64,000 bases of DNA. Source: an uncultured Dehalococcoidales bacterium (GTDB lineage: Bacteria > Chloroflexota > Dehalococcoidia > Dehalococcoidales > UBA2162). The stretch covers positions 1,558-65,557 of the forward strand of contig CAZSHH010000004.1 in NCBI GenBank assembly GCA_964606525.1. The letters run 5' to 3'. Under the pieces are notes generated by a model. It made no database searches. It was not told the DNA's origin and saw only the letters and a list, made by a program, of their open reading frames with translations. Of this stretch, positions 47,639 to 57,913 are shown piece by piece. The translations under genes and the position numbers were made by a program. How positions within the stretch are numbered: the stretch's first letter is position 1; the number at the start of each line of letters is the position of its first letter.

Positions 47639-47660
47639 GTAATATTCATCGAAATTATTA

Positions 47661-49724
47661 CTAAGCGGTTGTTTTTTCCTGCTGCCGTTCGGTGATGATT
47701 TTCTGTACTACCAGAGCAGGCGTTTCCTGGTAATGATCGAAAGTCATGGAAAAAGTTCCCCGGCCCTGGGTAATAGATTTCAAGTCGATGGCATAACGCT
47801 GGATTTCCGCCAGCGGCGCCTGGGCCTGGATGACCTGGATGTGGTCCTCCAGGGCCATACCCTGCATCTGGGCCCGCTTGGTATTCAAGTCGCTGATGAT
47901 ATCGCCGGTGAATTCCTCAGGGACCCGGATAGTCATATTCATGATCGGCTCGAGAATAACCGGTTTACCGTCAGTCATGCCCTTCTTCAAAGCCCCGGCG
48001 CCGGCAATCTTGAAACAGATTTCCGAGGAGTCAACAGGATGGAAGCTACCATCGACGAGTATCACGCGAACATCGTCGATGGGATACCGTGCCAGGACAC
48101 CTTCGGTCTTCGCTTCATTCACCCCTTTTTCTACGGCCGGGATATAGTTCTTGGGGACGGAACCACCGACGACACGGTCGACGAACTCAACACCGCTGCC
48201 GCGGGGGAGGGGTTCGAGTTCGATAACGACGTGTCCGTACTGGCCGTGGCCGCCGGTTTGTTTCTTATGTTTATATTCCGCTTTGGTTGGCATGGAAATG
48301 GTCTCTTTGTAAGGGACTTTAGGTGTTTCCAGGTTAACCCCGACGCCGAATTTACGCTGCATCTTTTCGGCGGCGACATCAAGCTGAGTCTCTCCCATGC
48401 CGGAGATGATGGTTTCCACGGTATCGGCATCACGGCGGACCTGGAGGGTGGCATCTTCTTCGACCAGCCTGGTTAAGGAACTGCCCAATTTATCCAGGTC
48501 AAGCTTGGTCTTGGGATAGACGGCTTTACTGAGGATCGGTGCCGGGAAAGTAACCGGGATTATTTTTATCGGTTTTTCTTTGACTCCCAGCGTGTCTCCC
48601 GTCGCCGTCAGACTGAGTTTAGCCACTGCTCCGATATCCCCGGCGCGTATCTCGGTAACCGGCTCCTGGTTTTTCCCGGAAACCTTGTATAACTGGCCGA
48701 TGCGTTCGATATCATTACGGTTCAGGTTCCACACCTGGGAGTTACTGCTGAGGACACCGTTATAAACACGGAGGTAGGTTAGTTTACCCACATAAGGATC
48801 GGCGCTGGTCTTGAAAACCAGAGAACATAACGGCCCATCTTCACTGGCCTGTAATTCCTGCGTGCCTTGATCGGCTACCGCAATAATCGGCCGGTCATTC
48901 GGTGTTGGCAGATAATTGACGATAGCATCCAGCAGCAAACTGGTACCTACATTCTGCAGCCCGGATGCCGCCAGGACCGGTACGATCTTACGCGAGGAAA
49001 TTGCTTTCTGTAATCCGCTGGTAATTTCCTCGGGAGTCAGCTGCTCGCCGCCCAGGTACTTCTCCAGCATCTTGTCATCCTGTTCGGCGATACCTTCAAT
49101 CAACTTCTCCCGGTAACTGTCAACCTGGGCTTTGATGCTATCCGGTACCGCCCCTTCCTTAGCAGGAGACCCGGTATAAGCTTTCATGGTTAAAAGATCG
49201 ACGATTCCCTGGAAGGTTGTATGGGCGCCGATCGGGACCTGGATCGGTAAAACCTTGGTACCGAACTTTGCCTGGAGTTGATTGATACTCTTGTTGAAGT
49301 CCGCATTCTCCCGGTCCATTTTATTTACGACGAAGACCCGGGATAATTTGGCTTCTCCCGAATATTCCCAGGCCTGTTCCGTACCAACTTCAACGCCCGA
49401 GTTGGCGCTTACGGCGATCAAGGCACTCTCACTTACACGTATCCCGGCTTTGATCTCAGCGATAAAATCGGCATAACCGGGGGCATCCAGGATATTCAAC
49501 TTGGTAGATTTCCAGATGCAGGGTAACACCGAAAGACTGATACTGATTCTTCGCTTGGCTTCTGCCGGATCATAATCTGAAGCAGTAGTACCATCGTCAA
49601 CCTTGCCCAGGCGGTTGACGGCACCGGTAGAAAAAAGCATCGCTTCCGATAGTGTCGTTTTTCCGGAGCCGCTGTGCCCGAGTAATACCAGGTTGCGTAT
49701 GTTGGTTAGACCGTACTTATCCAT
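47661..49724 (-). CDS. elongation factor G paralogue (EF-G2 type)
   Basis: 687-aa ORF with all five EF-G domains. The G1 motif is GHSGSGKTT instead of the canonical AHIDAGKTT. Confidence 0.88.
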   Translation of the reverse strand: MDKYGLTNIRNLVLLGHSGSGKTTLSEAMLFSTGAVNRLGKVDDGTTASDYDPAEAKRRISISLSVLPCIWKSTKLNILDAPGYADFIAEIKAGIRVSESALIAVSANSGVEVGTEQAWEYSGEAKLSRVFVVNKMDRENADFNKSINQLQAKFGTKVLPIQVPIGAHTTFQGIVDLLTMKAYTGSPAKEGAVPDSIKAQVDSYREKLIEGIAEQDDKMLEKYLGGEQLTPEEITSGLQKAISSRKIVPVLAASGLQNVGTSLLLDAIVNYLPTPNDRPIIAVADQGTQELQASEDGPLCSLVFKTSADPYVGKLTYLRVYNGVLSSNSQVWNLNRNDIERIGQLYKVSGKNQEPVTEIRAGDIGAVAKLSLTATGDTLGVKEKPIKIIPVTFPAPILSKAVYPKTKLDLDKLGSSLTRLVEEDATLQVRRDADTVETIISGMGETQLDVAAEKMQRKFGVGVNLETPKVPYKETISMPTKAEYKHKKQTGGHGQYGHVVIELEPLPRGSGVEFVDRVVGGSVPKNYIPAVEKGVNEAKTEGVLARYPIDDVRVILVDGSFHPVDSSEICFKIAGAGALKKGMTDGKPVILEPIMNMTIRVPEEFTGDIISDLNTKRAQMQGMALEDHIQVIQAQAPLAEIQRYAIDLKSITQGRGTFSMTFDHYQETPALVVQKIITERQQEKTTA

Positions 49725-49928
49725 TCAATTCACCCACATTCATTGATATTGTAAATACTCTTTACCGCTTGTCTCTAACGCGCTTGCTCATTATACATGA
49801 TGCTACAGGTCAGGTAAAACAGGGTTGTCATGATACCGATCCGAAGAAAAAATCACATGGACCAACGCGCCTCATCTCAAATAAGCAGGGCTGTTACTCC
49901 GCGAACAGGTTCTATTAAATAGGTCGCG

Positions 49929-50201
49929 TTATACTGTTTTTGACAAGATGACTGCCAACACAATGAGGATAACTAACGCAACACCAGCCAATATTCCGAT
50001 CGTTTTCAGTTCCCGGGGAACATTAGTGTAAGAAGCCAGGGCAGCTGCGGTGGACGCCCGGGGTTCCGTTGGCCGAGGGCTGCTCGCAGATTGGGCTCTT
50101 ATCTCCGGAGCGGCCGCAGTAACCTGCGGACGGGCGGCCGGTACCGGATTACGGCGCTGCCCGGCATATTTATTAAATTTTCGTCTTGATTTTGGGGACA
50201 T
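49929..50201 (-). CDS. hypothetical tail-anchored small protein
   Basis: 90-aa ORF. Basic, Pro/Ala-rich N-terminal part and a single C-terminal TM helix. Lies 17 nt downstream of the recombinase gene. No homology recognised. Confidence 0.4.
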   Translation of the reverse strand: MSPKSRRKFNKYAGQRRNPVPAARPQVTAAAPEIRAQSASSPRPTEPRASTAAALASYTNVPRELKTIGILAGVALVILIVLAVILSKTV

Positions 50202-50218
50202 CTGATCTCTCCTGATGA

Positions 50219-51202
50219 TTACTTAGCCCGGGGATGAGATTTATCATAAGTCCGCCGGACGTGTTCGGTAGTCAGGTGGGTATATACCTGGGTCGTGGAG
50301 ATATTGGCATGCCCAAGTAATTCCTGTACCGACCTCAAGTCGGCCCCACCGCTTAACATGTGAGTGGCAAAGCTATGCCGCAGTGTGTGCGGGGTTATTT
50401 CGCTACCGAGGTCGGCCTGTTTAGCATAACCTTTCAGTATCTGCCAGAAACCCTGGCGGGTTAAGCGGTCGCCGCGCCGGTTAAGAAAGAGGCCTTTCTC
50501 ATTATGGTCCTGTGTCAGCTGCGGCCTTCCGTTTTTCAGATAATCATCAACCGCATCTAAAGCCCGCTGGTGTACTGGAATGATTCTCTCTTTATGCCCT
50601 TTGCCAAAACAGCGCACATAGCCGTCGGCTAATACATCTTCGATATTAAGGGAAGTCAGTTCGCTGACCCGCATGCCGCTGGCATAGAGCAGTTCCAGCA
50701 TGGCACAATCCCGTTTACCTTCCGGGGTATTTTGTCCGGCCGGTTGTTCCAATAGCCTCCGTATCTGATTAACCGTGATCGGTTTGGGCAACGGCCGCCC
50801 TACGTTAGGAGCCCCGATATTCTCCGTGGGGCTGACTTTTAGACGTCCTTCTTTGACCAGAAAACCAAAGAAAGACTTGGCGGCCGCGATTTTGCGTGCC
50901 TGGGTAGTCGCGGCATAGCCGCGCTCTTTCAGATGCAGCAGGTAGCTGATGATATCCTGGCGGTTAAAACCTATCCAGGACGGCATATTACCGCGTTTAT
51001 TCATTTCTTTTTCGGCGAATTGCAGCAAATCGTTCTGCAGGTCATTGCGGTAAGCTGCCAGGGTATTATCGGAAAAACCTTTCTCTACGGAGAGATAGGT
51101 CAGAAATCTTTCAATATCTTCTTTCACACTAACTCCAGATGAAGAGTATTCGGGAAACCAACGAGATAACGGAATTCTACTACTTCCGTTATGTATAGTC
51201 AA
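50219..51202 (-). CDS. tyrosine site-specific recombinase, XerC/XerD type
   Basis: C-terminal catalytic motifs HTLRHSFATHML...LLGHANISTTQVYTH. Homology starts near VKEDIERFLTYL, so the GTG at 51127 (after GGAG) is a likely true start. Confidence 0.85.
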   Translation of the reverse strand: MTIHNGSSRIPLSRWFPEYSSSGVSVKEDIERFLTYLSVEKGFSDNTLAAYRNDLQNDLLQFAEKEMNKRGNMPSWIGFNRQDIISYLLHLKERGYAATTQARKIAAAKSFFGFLVKEGRLKVSPTENIGAPNVGRPLPKPITVNQIRRLLEQPAGQNTPEGKRDCAMLELLYASGMRVSELTSLNIEDVLADGYVRCFGKGHKERIIPVHQRALDAVDDYLKNGRPQLTQDHNEKGLFLNRRGDRLTRQGFWQILKGYAKQADLGSEITPHTLRHSFATHMLSGGADLRSVQELLGHANISTTQVYTHLTTEHVRRTYDKSHPRAK

Positions 51203-51269
51203 TTTTTTTTACCCGCTTCTGCGGCTGGCGACTTTCAATGCACCTGACAATTCGGTAGAATAAGCTGTC

Positions 51270-53849
51270 ATGAATGATGTCACCCCCATCCGCCGCCAGT
51301 ATCTTAAGGTAAAACAGCAGCATCCCGGTAATCTGGTGTTGTTCCGCCTGGGCGATTTTTATGAAACCTTCGACGACGATGCCCGGATCGTCGCCCGGGA
51401 ACTGGAGATCGTACTTACCTCCCGGGAAATGGGCAAGGGCAACCGTGTCCCCATGGCAGGGATTCCTTACCACGCCCTGGATAATTATCTGGCCCGGTTG
51501 GTTAGCCGCGGGTATAAAGTTGCCATCTGCGAACAAATGACCCCGCCCACTCCCGGCCGGGGTATCGTAGAACGGGAAGTGACCAGGGTGGTAACTCCCG
51601 GGACCGTGGTCGAACCGGCTTTACTGGACAGCCAAAAGAACAATTACCTGGTCAGCCTGGCAGCCGATGATACCCAGGCCGGCATCGCTTATATCGACAT
51701 CACCACCAGTGAATTCGCCACCACCCAACTACCCCTGAACCAGGCCAGGCTGGAGATCAACCGACTGGCTCCAAGCGAAATAATCACCCCACAAAACAGC
51801 CTGGGTGGTTGGGATATCTCCGGACTGGCGGGGGTCACCCGCCTGGATGATTTCGTCTTCAGTCCCGAGAATGCAGCCCGCCTCCTCCAGGAACATTTCG
51901 GCGTTACCTCTTTGGAAGGCTATGGATGTGCCAATCTACCACTGGCAGTGAGTGCCGCCGGTGCGGTCATTCATTATATCCGCCAGACCCAGAAATCATC
52001 CTTAGCCCAGATAACCCGGTTGTCTACTTACCACACCGGTTCTTTTATGTCCCTGGATGAGCAGACTCTGATCAACCTGGAAGTACTGCAAAACAGCCGT
52101 ACCGGCCTTGCCGAAGGTTCTTTGCTGGGTGTCATCGACCTGGCCAAAACGCCGATGGGCAGCCGCTTGATGCGTAAATGGTTGAGTCAACCCCGGTTGG
52201 ACCTGCCGGAACTGCTTAAACGGCAGGAAGCGGTCGCCTGGGCAGTCGAAGAAACGATGGTTCGGGCCAGCCTGATATCACTCTTCAGCAAATTTTCCGA
52301 TATCGAACGGCTGATCAACCGTATCGGCAGCAGCGTTGCCTTGCCCCGGGAGGTAGTAACCTTACGCCGCAGCCTGGAGATGATCCCTTCCCTGGTTTCC
52401 AGCCTGGATAATGCCCGGGTGCCGCAGTGGCTGAGGGAAGGGCTAAGGCCTTTTCCGGAGACCGCCGCTTTGATTGCAGGGGCGATTCTTGATGAACCAT
52501 CATCCAGCCCGGGTGACGGCAACGTTATTAAACCGGAGTTTTCCGAAGAACTGGACAACCTGCGCCGTACCTCCAAAGACGCCGCCCAGTTCCTGGCCAA
52601 CCTCGAGCGTGCAGAACAAGAAAAGACCGGCATCAAATCACTGAAAGTCGGCTACAACAAGGTTTTCGGTTATTACATCGAAGTCTCCAATGCCAACCTG
52701 CTCCAGGTGCCACCGCAATATATCCGTAAACAAACCCTGGTCGGCGGGGAGCGTTTTATCACCCCGGAACTCAAGGAATATGAGTCACTGATATTGAATG
52801 CTAAAGAGCGGATCGAAGAGCTTGAAACCAGCCTTTTTAAACAGGTCTGCCGACAGATCAACGGGGAGAACGAGCACATTTTAGCTCTGGCCGCCGCCAT
52901 TGCCCGGTTGGACGTGATCGCCAGCCTGGCGGAAACCGCCGTCCGCCAGAACTTTATCCGGCCTGAACTCGATGAAGGAGCCCGCATTGAGATCAAAGAC
53001 GGGCGCCACCCGGTGGTGGAGAAGAGCCTGGGCGGGGGTAGTTTCATACCCAACGATACGGTGCTTGATAATAACGAATCCCAAATCGTGATTCTGACCG
53101 GCCCGAACATGGCCGGCAAATCAACTTACCTGAAACAGGTAGCCCTGATCGTGCTGTTAGCCCAGACCGGCAGTTTCGTTCCGGCAGGTAAAGCACATAT
53201 CGGCCTGGTTGACCGTATTTTCACCCGTATCGGGGCGCGCGAAGACCTGGCCTCCGGCCAGTCTACCTTCATGGTGGAAATGGTGGAAACCGCCAATATC
53301 CTCAATAATGCTACGCCCCGCTCCTTGCTGATCCTGGATGAGATTGGGCGCGGTACCAGTACTTACGACGGATTGTCGATTGCCCGGGCGGTCGCCGAAT
53401 ACATCCATAACAACGCCCGCATCAGTGCCAAGACACTCTTCGCCACTCATTACCATGAAATGGTAGAACTCGCCGATTATCTGCCGAAAGTAAGGAACTA
53501 TAATGTGGCCGTCTCCGAAAATAAGGGTGAAGTGGTTTTCCTGCGGAAAATTATCCCCGGAGGAGCCGATAAGAGTTACGGCATCCATGTTGCCCAGATG
53601 GCGGGCCTGCCCCGCGGCGTCGTCCACCGGGCACATGAAGTATTGATTGACCTTGAAGCCAAAAGCACGAACAAGCCCCGGCCGGGGTCGAAGGGCCGCC
53701 GTCCCGCCCCGACTACCCTGCAGATTTCCTTGTTCGGCGAGAAATCACCTGTCCTGGAAGAACTGGAAAACCTGCAGGTTGATTCCCTGACCCCGCTGGA
53801 AGCCTTGAACAAGCTATTCGAACTGCAAAAAAAAGCCCGGGGGCAGTAA
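51270..53849 (+). CDS. mutS: DNA mismatch repair protein MutS
   Basis: 859-aa ORF. N-terminal TPIRRQYLKVK...GDFYETF, Walker A GPNMAGKST, and a C-terminal HTH-like region. Confidence 0.95.
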   Translation: MNDVTPIRRQYLKVKQQHPGNLVLFRLGDFYETFDDDARIVARELEIVLTSREMGKGNRVPMAGIPYHALDNYLARLVSRGYKVAICEQMTPPTPGRGIVEREVTRVVTPGTVVEPALLDSQKNNYLVSLAADDTQAGIAYIDITTSEFATTQLPLNQARLEINRLAPSEIITPQNSLGGWDISGLAGVTRLDDFVFSPENAARLLQEHFGVTSLEGYGCANLPLAVSAAGAVIHYIRQTQKSSLAQITRLSTYHTGSFMSLDEQTLINLEVLQNSRTGLAEGSLLGVIDLAKTPMGSRLMRKWLSQPRLDLPELLKRQEAVAWAVEETMVRASLISLFSKFSDIERLINRIGSSVALPREVVTLRRSLEMIPSLVSSLDNARVPQWLREGLRPFPETAALIAGAILDEPSSSPGDGNVIKPEFSEELDNLRRTSKDAAQFLANLERAEQEKTGIKSLKVGYNKVFGYYIEVSNANLLQVPPQYIRKQTLVGGERFITPELKEYESLILNAKERIEELETSLFKQVCRQINGENEHILALAAAIARLDVIASLAETAVRQNFIRPELDEGARIEIKDGRHPVVEKSLGGGSFIPNDTVLDNNESQIVILTGPNMAGKSTYLKQVALIVLLAQTGSFVPAGKAHIGLVDRIFTRIGAREDLASGQSTFMVEMVETANILNNATPRSLLILDEIGRGTSTYDGLSIARAVAEYIHNNARISAKTLFATHYHEMVELADYLPKVRNYNVAVSENKGEVVFLRKIIPGGADKSYGIHVAQMAGLPRGVVHRAHEVLIDLEAKSTNKPRPGSKGRRPAPTTLQISLFGEKSPVLEELENLQVDSLTPLEALNKLFELQKKARGQ

Positions 53850-53953
53850 CCAGGTAGGGGATGGTCTGTGGAGGCCGTCTCAAAATGACATTTCAGGAAT
53901 TCTGAGACAGCTTCGAAGAACCACCCCCTATAAAACAATAGCCTACTACTGGA

Positions 53954-55111
53954 TTACCGTGCTTTTCTCCGCCGCCGTACCACGATAAAGATGATGATGC
54001 CGGCGATGATCCATACCGGGCTGAAGATACCCAACCATATTGCTATGTTAGTTAGTGCCCGGCCGAAAGCTGCTAAACCATTCCAGGCATTGCTGACGAT
54101 ATTTCCTGCCGACCAGCCAGCCTTGACATTCACATAATCAGCCATGGTTTCGGCAACCGTATTGCCGCGGTCATCGGTCACGGTGAGGGTCACCGTATAT
54201 TCACCGGCTGCCCGGTAGATATGTACCGGATAATCTTCATTGCTGGTTTTACCGTCGCCGAAATCCCATTGATAGCTGTATGGGGCAAAACCACCGGCAA
54301 TGCTGGGATTAAACCTGACCGACTGCCCTGACTTGATGAACCGGCCACTGGCATTGAAAGTGACGTCCAGCCGGGACTGTTCCAGGCTAACCTCGATCAG
54401 GGACATGGCGGAGGTCTTTTCCAGGTACTGCATGCGGCCCTTGGTCTGTTCGATCTGGGTACGGATATCGGTCAACTGTTTCTGCACGGCCAGAATGTCC
54501 TCGACTTTTTCCGCTTTGCCCATAATTATCAATAACTGCTGTTCCGTGGCTTCCAGGGTACTCAACTTCGCCGTCAGGTCGACATACTCCTCGGTCACAT
54601 CCTGGCTGGTGGTGGTCTGGGAATTAACCTCTACGGCCAGATCGCCGATCATTTTCATGATACCGGCAAAATCACCGGCGGGCACTCTAATGGTAATAGT
54701 GCCGTACAGCCGCTCGCCGTCCCGCCAACTATTCGAGGAAACGATATATCCATCTCCGGACTCAGCTAGATCAGCGATACGGCTGATGGCGGCAGTCACA
54801 TTATCTACGACCACCGACATGTAGCCGGTACGGACGATCATACGGTCTTCTGGGACCGTTCCTGACATACCGCCATAGGGAGTAGTACTTTCATCCGTGG
54901 TATAAGTTGGTTTATGCGTTGCTTGTGGTACCGAAGTTGTAGGCCTGGCCGGGGTCATTGTCGGCTGATTGCCTCCTTTTCCTTCGGTATCTACCCCCCC
55001 ATTTTGATATGCATTTTCACTCATGACGGCACTTCCACTGCCGCAAGCAGCCAGCAATAATAACATCCCTGCTGCCAGCAGCCCGGCCAGTACTTTTATC
55101 CGTGATTTCAT
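53954..55111 (-). CDS. lipoprotein with DUF4349-like domain, PKD domain and C-terminal TM anchor
   Basis: Signal peptide with lipobox LLAAC. The central region matches my recollection of DUF4349. PKD repeat (YQWDFGDG...YTVTLTVTD). C-terminal TM helix plus RRRRK. Confidence 0.7.
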   Translation of the reverse strand: MKSRIKVLAGLLAAGMLLLLAACGSGSAVMSENAYQNGGVDTEGKGGNQPTMTPARPTTSVPQATHKPTYTTDESTTPYGGMSGTVPEDRMIVRTGYMSVVVDNVTAAISRIADLAESGDGYIVSSNSWRDGERLYGTITIRVPAGDFAGIMKMIGDLAVEVNSQTTTSQDVTEEYVDLTAKLSTLEATEQQLLIIMGKAEKVEDILAVQKQLTDIRTQIEQTKGRMQYLEKTSAMSLIEVSLEQSRLDVTFNASGRFIKSGQSVRFNPSIAGGFAPYSYQWDFGDGKTSNEDYPVHIYRAAGEYTVTLTVTDDRGNTVAETMADYVNVKAGWSAGNIVSNAWNGLAAFGRALTNIAIWLGIFSPVWIIAGIIIFIVVRRRRKAR

Positions 55112-55254
55112 AGCTGCCCCCTTATTGCAGAATCAAGCTGAGTGCTAATTGTTTATACGAAAAAGACGAAAAAGTATCGCCTTCGTTTATCTGTAGCATC
55201 AATATATAACGTGTCCGGGGGAAAAAAGTTGTTCCCGCAGTTGTGAAAGCGTGA

Positions 55255-55617
55255 CTAACTCCGGAATCCCGGCAGGACGCCGGTAACCCACAGAACGATC
55301 AAAGTAATGATCAGGACAGCCATGATGAGGGTAACCACAAGGCGGCGCCGGCGCGTCCGCAGTAGAGATAGGAAAGAAGGCCGGTAGGCTTGCAGTTCCG
55401 GCTGCAGCTCTCTCCAGGTGTCCCGGCGGTATCCCGCCTGCGAAGCCGCGGCATGGAATGCCTGGCGCAGGTTGGTCTGCGCTTTCGCCAGTTCATCTAA
55501 TTCTTTTGAACAGTCCGTACACACCACCAGGTGGGCCTCGATTTGACGGCGTTCTTCTGCTGTCACCTCGTTGTCCAGGTAAGCAGCCAGCAGTTGTTTT
55601 ACTTCTTTACAGTCCAT
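55255..55617 (-). CDS. anti-sigma factor (zf-HC2 type)
   Basis: 120-aa ORF. N-terminal H-x3-C-x2-C motif (AHLVVCTDC) and a single TM helix. Immediately downstream of the ECF sigma gene. Confidence 0.75.
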   Translation of the reverse strand: MDCKEVKQLLAAYLDNEVTAEERRQIEAHLVVCTDCSKELDELAKAQTNLRQAFHAAASQAGYRRDTWRELQPELQAYRPSFLSLLRTRRRRLVVTLIMAVLIITLIVLWVTGVLPGFRS

Positions 55618-55645
55618 CTTTTATCCGTTAATAATGTTAATTATC

Positions 55646-56158
55646 TCACGATTGCGGCCCGAACCGCTGCCGCAGTGCCTTCAATCCGTGGTTTATTCTC
55701 GATTTTACCGTCCCCAGGGGAATGCCCACTACCTGGGCTATTTCCTCATAAGATAGATCGTTGAAATACCGCAGGACCAGTACGGCCCGCAGCCGCCCGT
55801 CCAGGGTATTCAAGGCCCGCATCATATCCTCATTTTCAAAATGGGCCAGCAACTTCTCATCACGCCCGCCGCCCGCCTCCGGCAGTTGTACCTCGTCGAG
55901 GGGGATCATGGGGGGATTTTTCCGCCGTTTCCGTAATGATTCATTTACGGTGATACGGTGCAGCCAGGTACTCAATTTCCCCTTTGCCGGGTCATAAGTA
56001 TGGCGGGACTTCCAGACCGAGGTAAATACCTCCTGTAAAATATCTTCGGCATCCTCCCGGTTGCCTGTAATGAGATAGGCATTATTAAAGACGGCTCTCT
56101 CGTATTCACGAAAGAAGTCCTCAAAGGCCGCGATATCGCCGGTCTGCCATTTCTCCAT
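55646..56158 (-). CDS. ECF-type RNA polymerase sigma factor
   Basis: 170-aa ORF with sigma-70 region 2 (DAEDILQEVF..VW) and region 4 (LSYEEIAQVVGIPLGTVKSR). Confidence 0.88.
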   Translation of the reverse strand: MEKWQTGDIAAFEDFFREYERAVFNNAYLITGNREDAEDILQEVFTSVWKSRHTYDPAKGKLSTWLHRITVNESLRKRRKNPPMIPLDEVQLPEAGGGRDEKLLAHFENEDMMRALNTLDGRLRAVLVLRYFNDLSYEEIAQVVGIPLGTVKSRINHGLKALRQRFGPQS

Positions 56159-56184
56159 CAGGCCGTCCCTAATCAGCTAATATA

Positions 56185-56209
56185 GTCGTTTCCTGTCATG
56201 ATTTGTTCA
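56185..56209 (-). promoter_or_regulatory. candidate ECF-type autoregulated promoter
   Basis: On the minus strand: TGAAC, 16 nt, CGAC. Lies about 27 nt upstream of the sigma-factor ATG. It resembles the generic GAAC-N16-CGT pattern, but the match is short. Confidence 0.3.
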
Positions 56210-56409
56210 TGATCGATAAGGATGGAGCAAGATTACTACTTTTATCCTGTTGATACAACCGGAAATCGAACGGCATCCCGAAAATCAATAGTCCTCTCGT
56301 TGGATTTACATGCAGGTATTGTACCTTCTCCATTTGTCAGTTATAGTGGTATTGGCCTTTCATCTGACTCAACCCTGACTATTATAAGCAGCCGTGTGGG
56401 AGGAGCAAA

Positions 56410-56709
56410 ATGATCAGGCATGTCATCATGGGGAATTTTAAAGCCGAAATCACCCCGGAATGGAGAGACAGGTTCATCCAGAAGGCAGAAGAAGCTTTGG
56501 CTAAAGTACCCGGGACGCATAATGTATACATGGGCAAGGCTTCGGAAATCCAGGGGAAAAACCGGTACGAGTTAGCTCTCTTTATCGATTTTGCTGATGA
56601 AGCCACCTTTCAAGCTTATCAAGACCATCCGCTGCATAAAACTGTTGCCGAACAAATACCGGCCGTTCTCAGCGAAGTAGCACGGTTTAATTATGATCTC
56701 CTGGATTAA
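56410..56709 (+). CDS. Dabb (stress-responsive alpha/beta barrel) domain protein
   Basis: 99-aa ORF, MIRHVIM.KFK......, ...F.D.A...AY..HP.H pattern. Confidence 0.78.
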   Translation: MIRHVIMGNFKAEITPEWRDRFIQKAEEALAKVPGTHNVYMGKASEIQGKNRYELALFIDFADEATFQAYQDHPLHKTVAEQIPAVLSEVARFNYDLLD

Positions 56710-56714
56710 ATCGT

Positions 56715-56915
56715 ATGACGCGGATGGCTCAGGAGGGAATTTTTTTGGATGTAGAGGATCACTTCGAATATAAAACGTGTCCGTTCTGCGGCCAAAGCGC
56801 CTTATATGTATATCCGGACGGCTGGTATGTCAAATGCCTGAATGAGAAATGTAAGATCACGGGGATCATCGCTCAGGACGGCGATGCGAGATTTGTCGTC
56901 AAGAGCCCGTCGTAA
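56715..56915 (+). CDS. hypothetical zinc-ribbon protein
   Basis: 66-aa ORF with CPFC...16 aa...C....C. Starts 5 nt after the Dabb gene. Confidence 0.45.
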   Translation: MTRMAQEGIFLDVEDHFEYKTCPFCGQSALYVYPDGWYVKCLNEKCKITGIIAQDGDARFVVKSPS

Positions 56916-56984
56916 AACATTCAGATGACAATCGAGTAATACTCCAGAAGTAACTGAAGAGAACTGACCCGGGCTGGAATTCAG

Positions 56985-57515
56985 CTAACTCATCCAAATC
57001 GATCCGGTAGTACCCGTGACTGTCCAGGTATCATTTATCATCTCGACAATAAACGTGGTACCGCCGCCACCCGTTCCCCCGTAATAAAGGCTGGCAGTTA
57101 CCTGGACAGAGTTATCTTTTTGAAGATGGATGTTTCCCAAAATAACCTGGCAGCTTCCCCCTGCAAACACGTCATCGATCGGAATTTCACTAGCCTGACT
57201 CACCCAAACATATATTCTCTTTGTGTCAGTTAATTCAGAGATTACCGCCTGTTGCAGTAATTCTGGAAGAACCATCGTGTTGGCTTCAACTTGTGGAACA
57301 CCACCGCTGTCGTCAGTGGATTTCATAATATAGACGGTCTGCGGTCCTCTTTGACCGTCCCCGAAATCTTGATACAAGCGTTTTATCACCGCTGCATATA
57401 TCCTGGCTTGATCATCCAGCTTAATAACAAGCGAGTTTTTACCGCAGGATATTAAGGCTAATGATAGCGCCAAACAACTCATAGAAATAAGCCTTAAAAC
57501 TCGGTTCTTTTTCAT
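56985..57515 (-). CDS. hypothetical lipoprotein
   Basis: 176-aa ORF. Signal peptide with lipobox LISC. No family recognised. Confidence 0.6.
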   Translation of the reverse strand: MKKNRVLRLISMSCLALSLALISCGKNSLVIKLDDQARIYAAVIKRLYQDFGDGQRGPQTVYIMKSTDDSGGVPQVEANTMVLPELLQQAVISELTDTKRIYVWVSQASEIPIDDVFAGGSCQVILGNIHLQKDNSVQVTASLYYGGTGGGGTTFIVEMINDTWTVTGTTGSIWMS

Positions 57516-57838
57516 ATTTTCCCCCAGTTCTTCAGCCGAGTGAGATCTGACTAATATAGTAATGATTGGTCTGGAATGTTCATAACATTGATCAACCGGT
57601 TTTTTATAATATCATTTTGAACTTGTTTCAGAAACCAGAAGGTTAGATCAGGATAGATTCTGGTTTTCGCCAGAATGACATAGTGTTGAGCAAGACACTC
57701 CTTATTTTGCAATGAGTTTCTGAGAAAGGATACGAGTTCCCAAGAACAGTTCTAGTAATGCCCTGGGAATTGTGTTAGACCTTTTAAACGCGTTACGAAT
57801 ATATAGATATCGGTTTGAGTTTGTTTGGATGGAGCGGA

Positions 57839-57913
57839 AGACGAGATTCGAACTCGCGACCTCCTCCTTGGCAAGGAGGCATTCTACCGCTGAACTACTT
57901 CCGCATGCGGTTA
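57839..57913 (-). tRNA. tRNA-Gly (anticodon GCC), CCA encoded
   Basis: The minus strand reads GCGGAAGTAGTTCAGCGGTAGAATGCCTCCTTGCCAAGGAGGAGGTCGCGAGTTCGAATCTCGTCTTCCGCTCCA. The cloverleaf folds with a 7-bp acceptor stem, anticodon loop TTGCCAA, T-loop TTCGAAT and discriminator U. Confidence 0.95.

Noticed and set aside
50219-51202. Tyrosine recombinase as the integrase of a mobile element or prophage
   Set aside because: The sequence is XerC/XerD-like throughout, with the typical N-terminal SAM-like domain. It sits between mutS and housekeeping genes. No flanking direct repeats, phage genes or adjacent tRNA target were seen.
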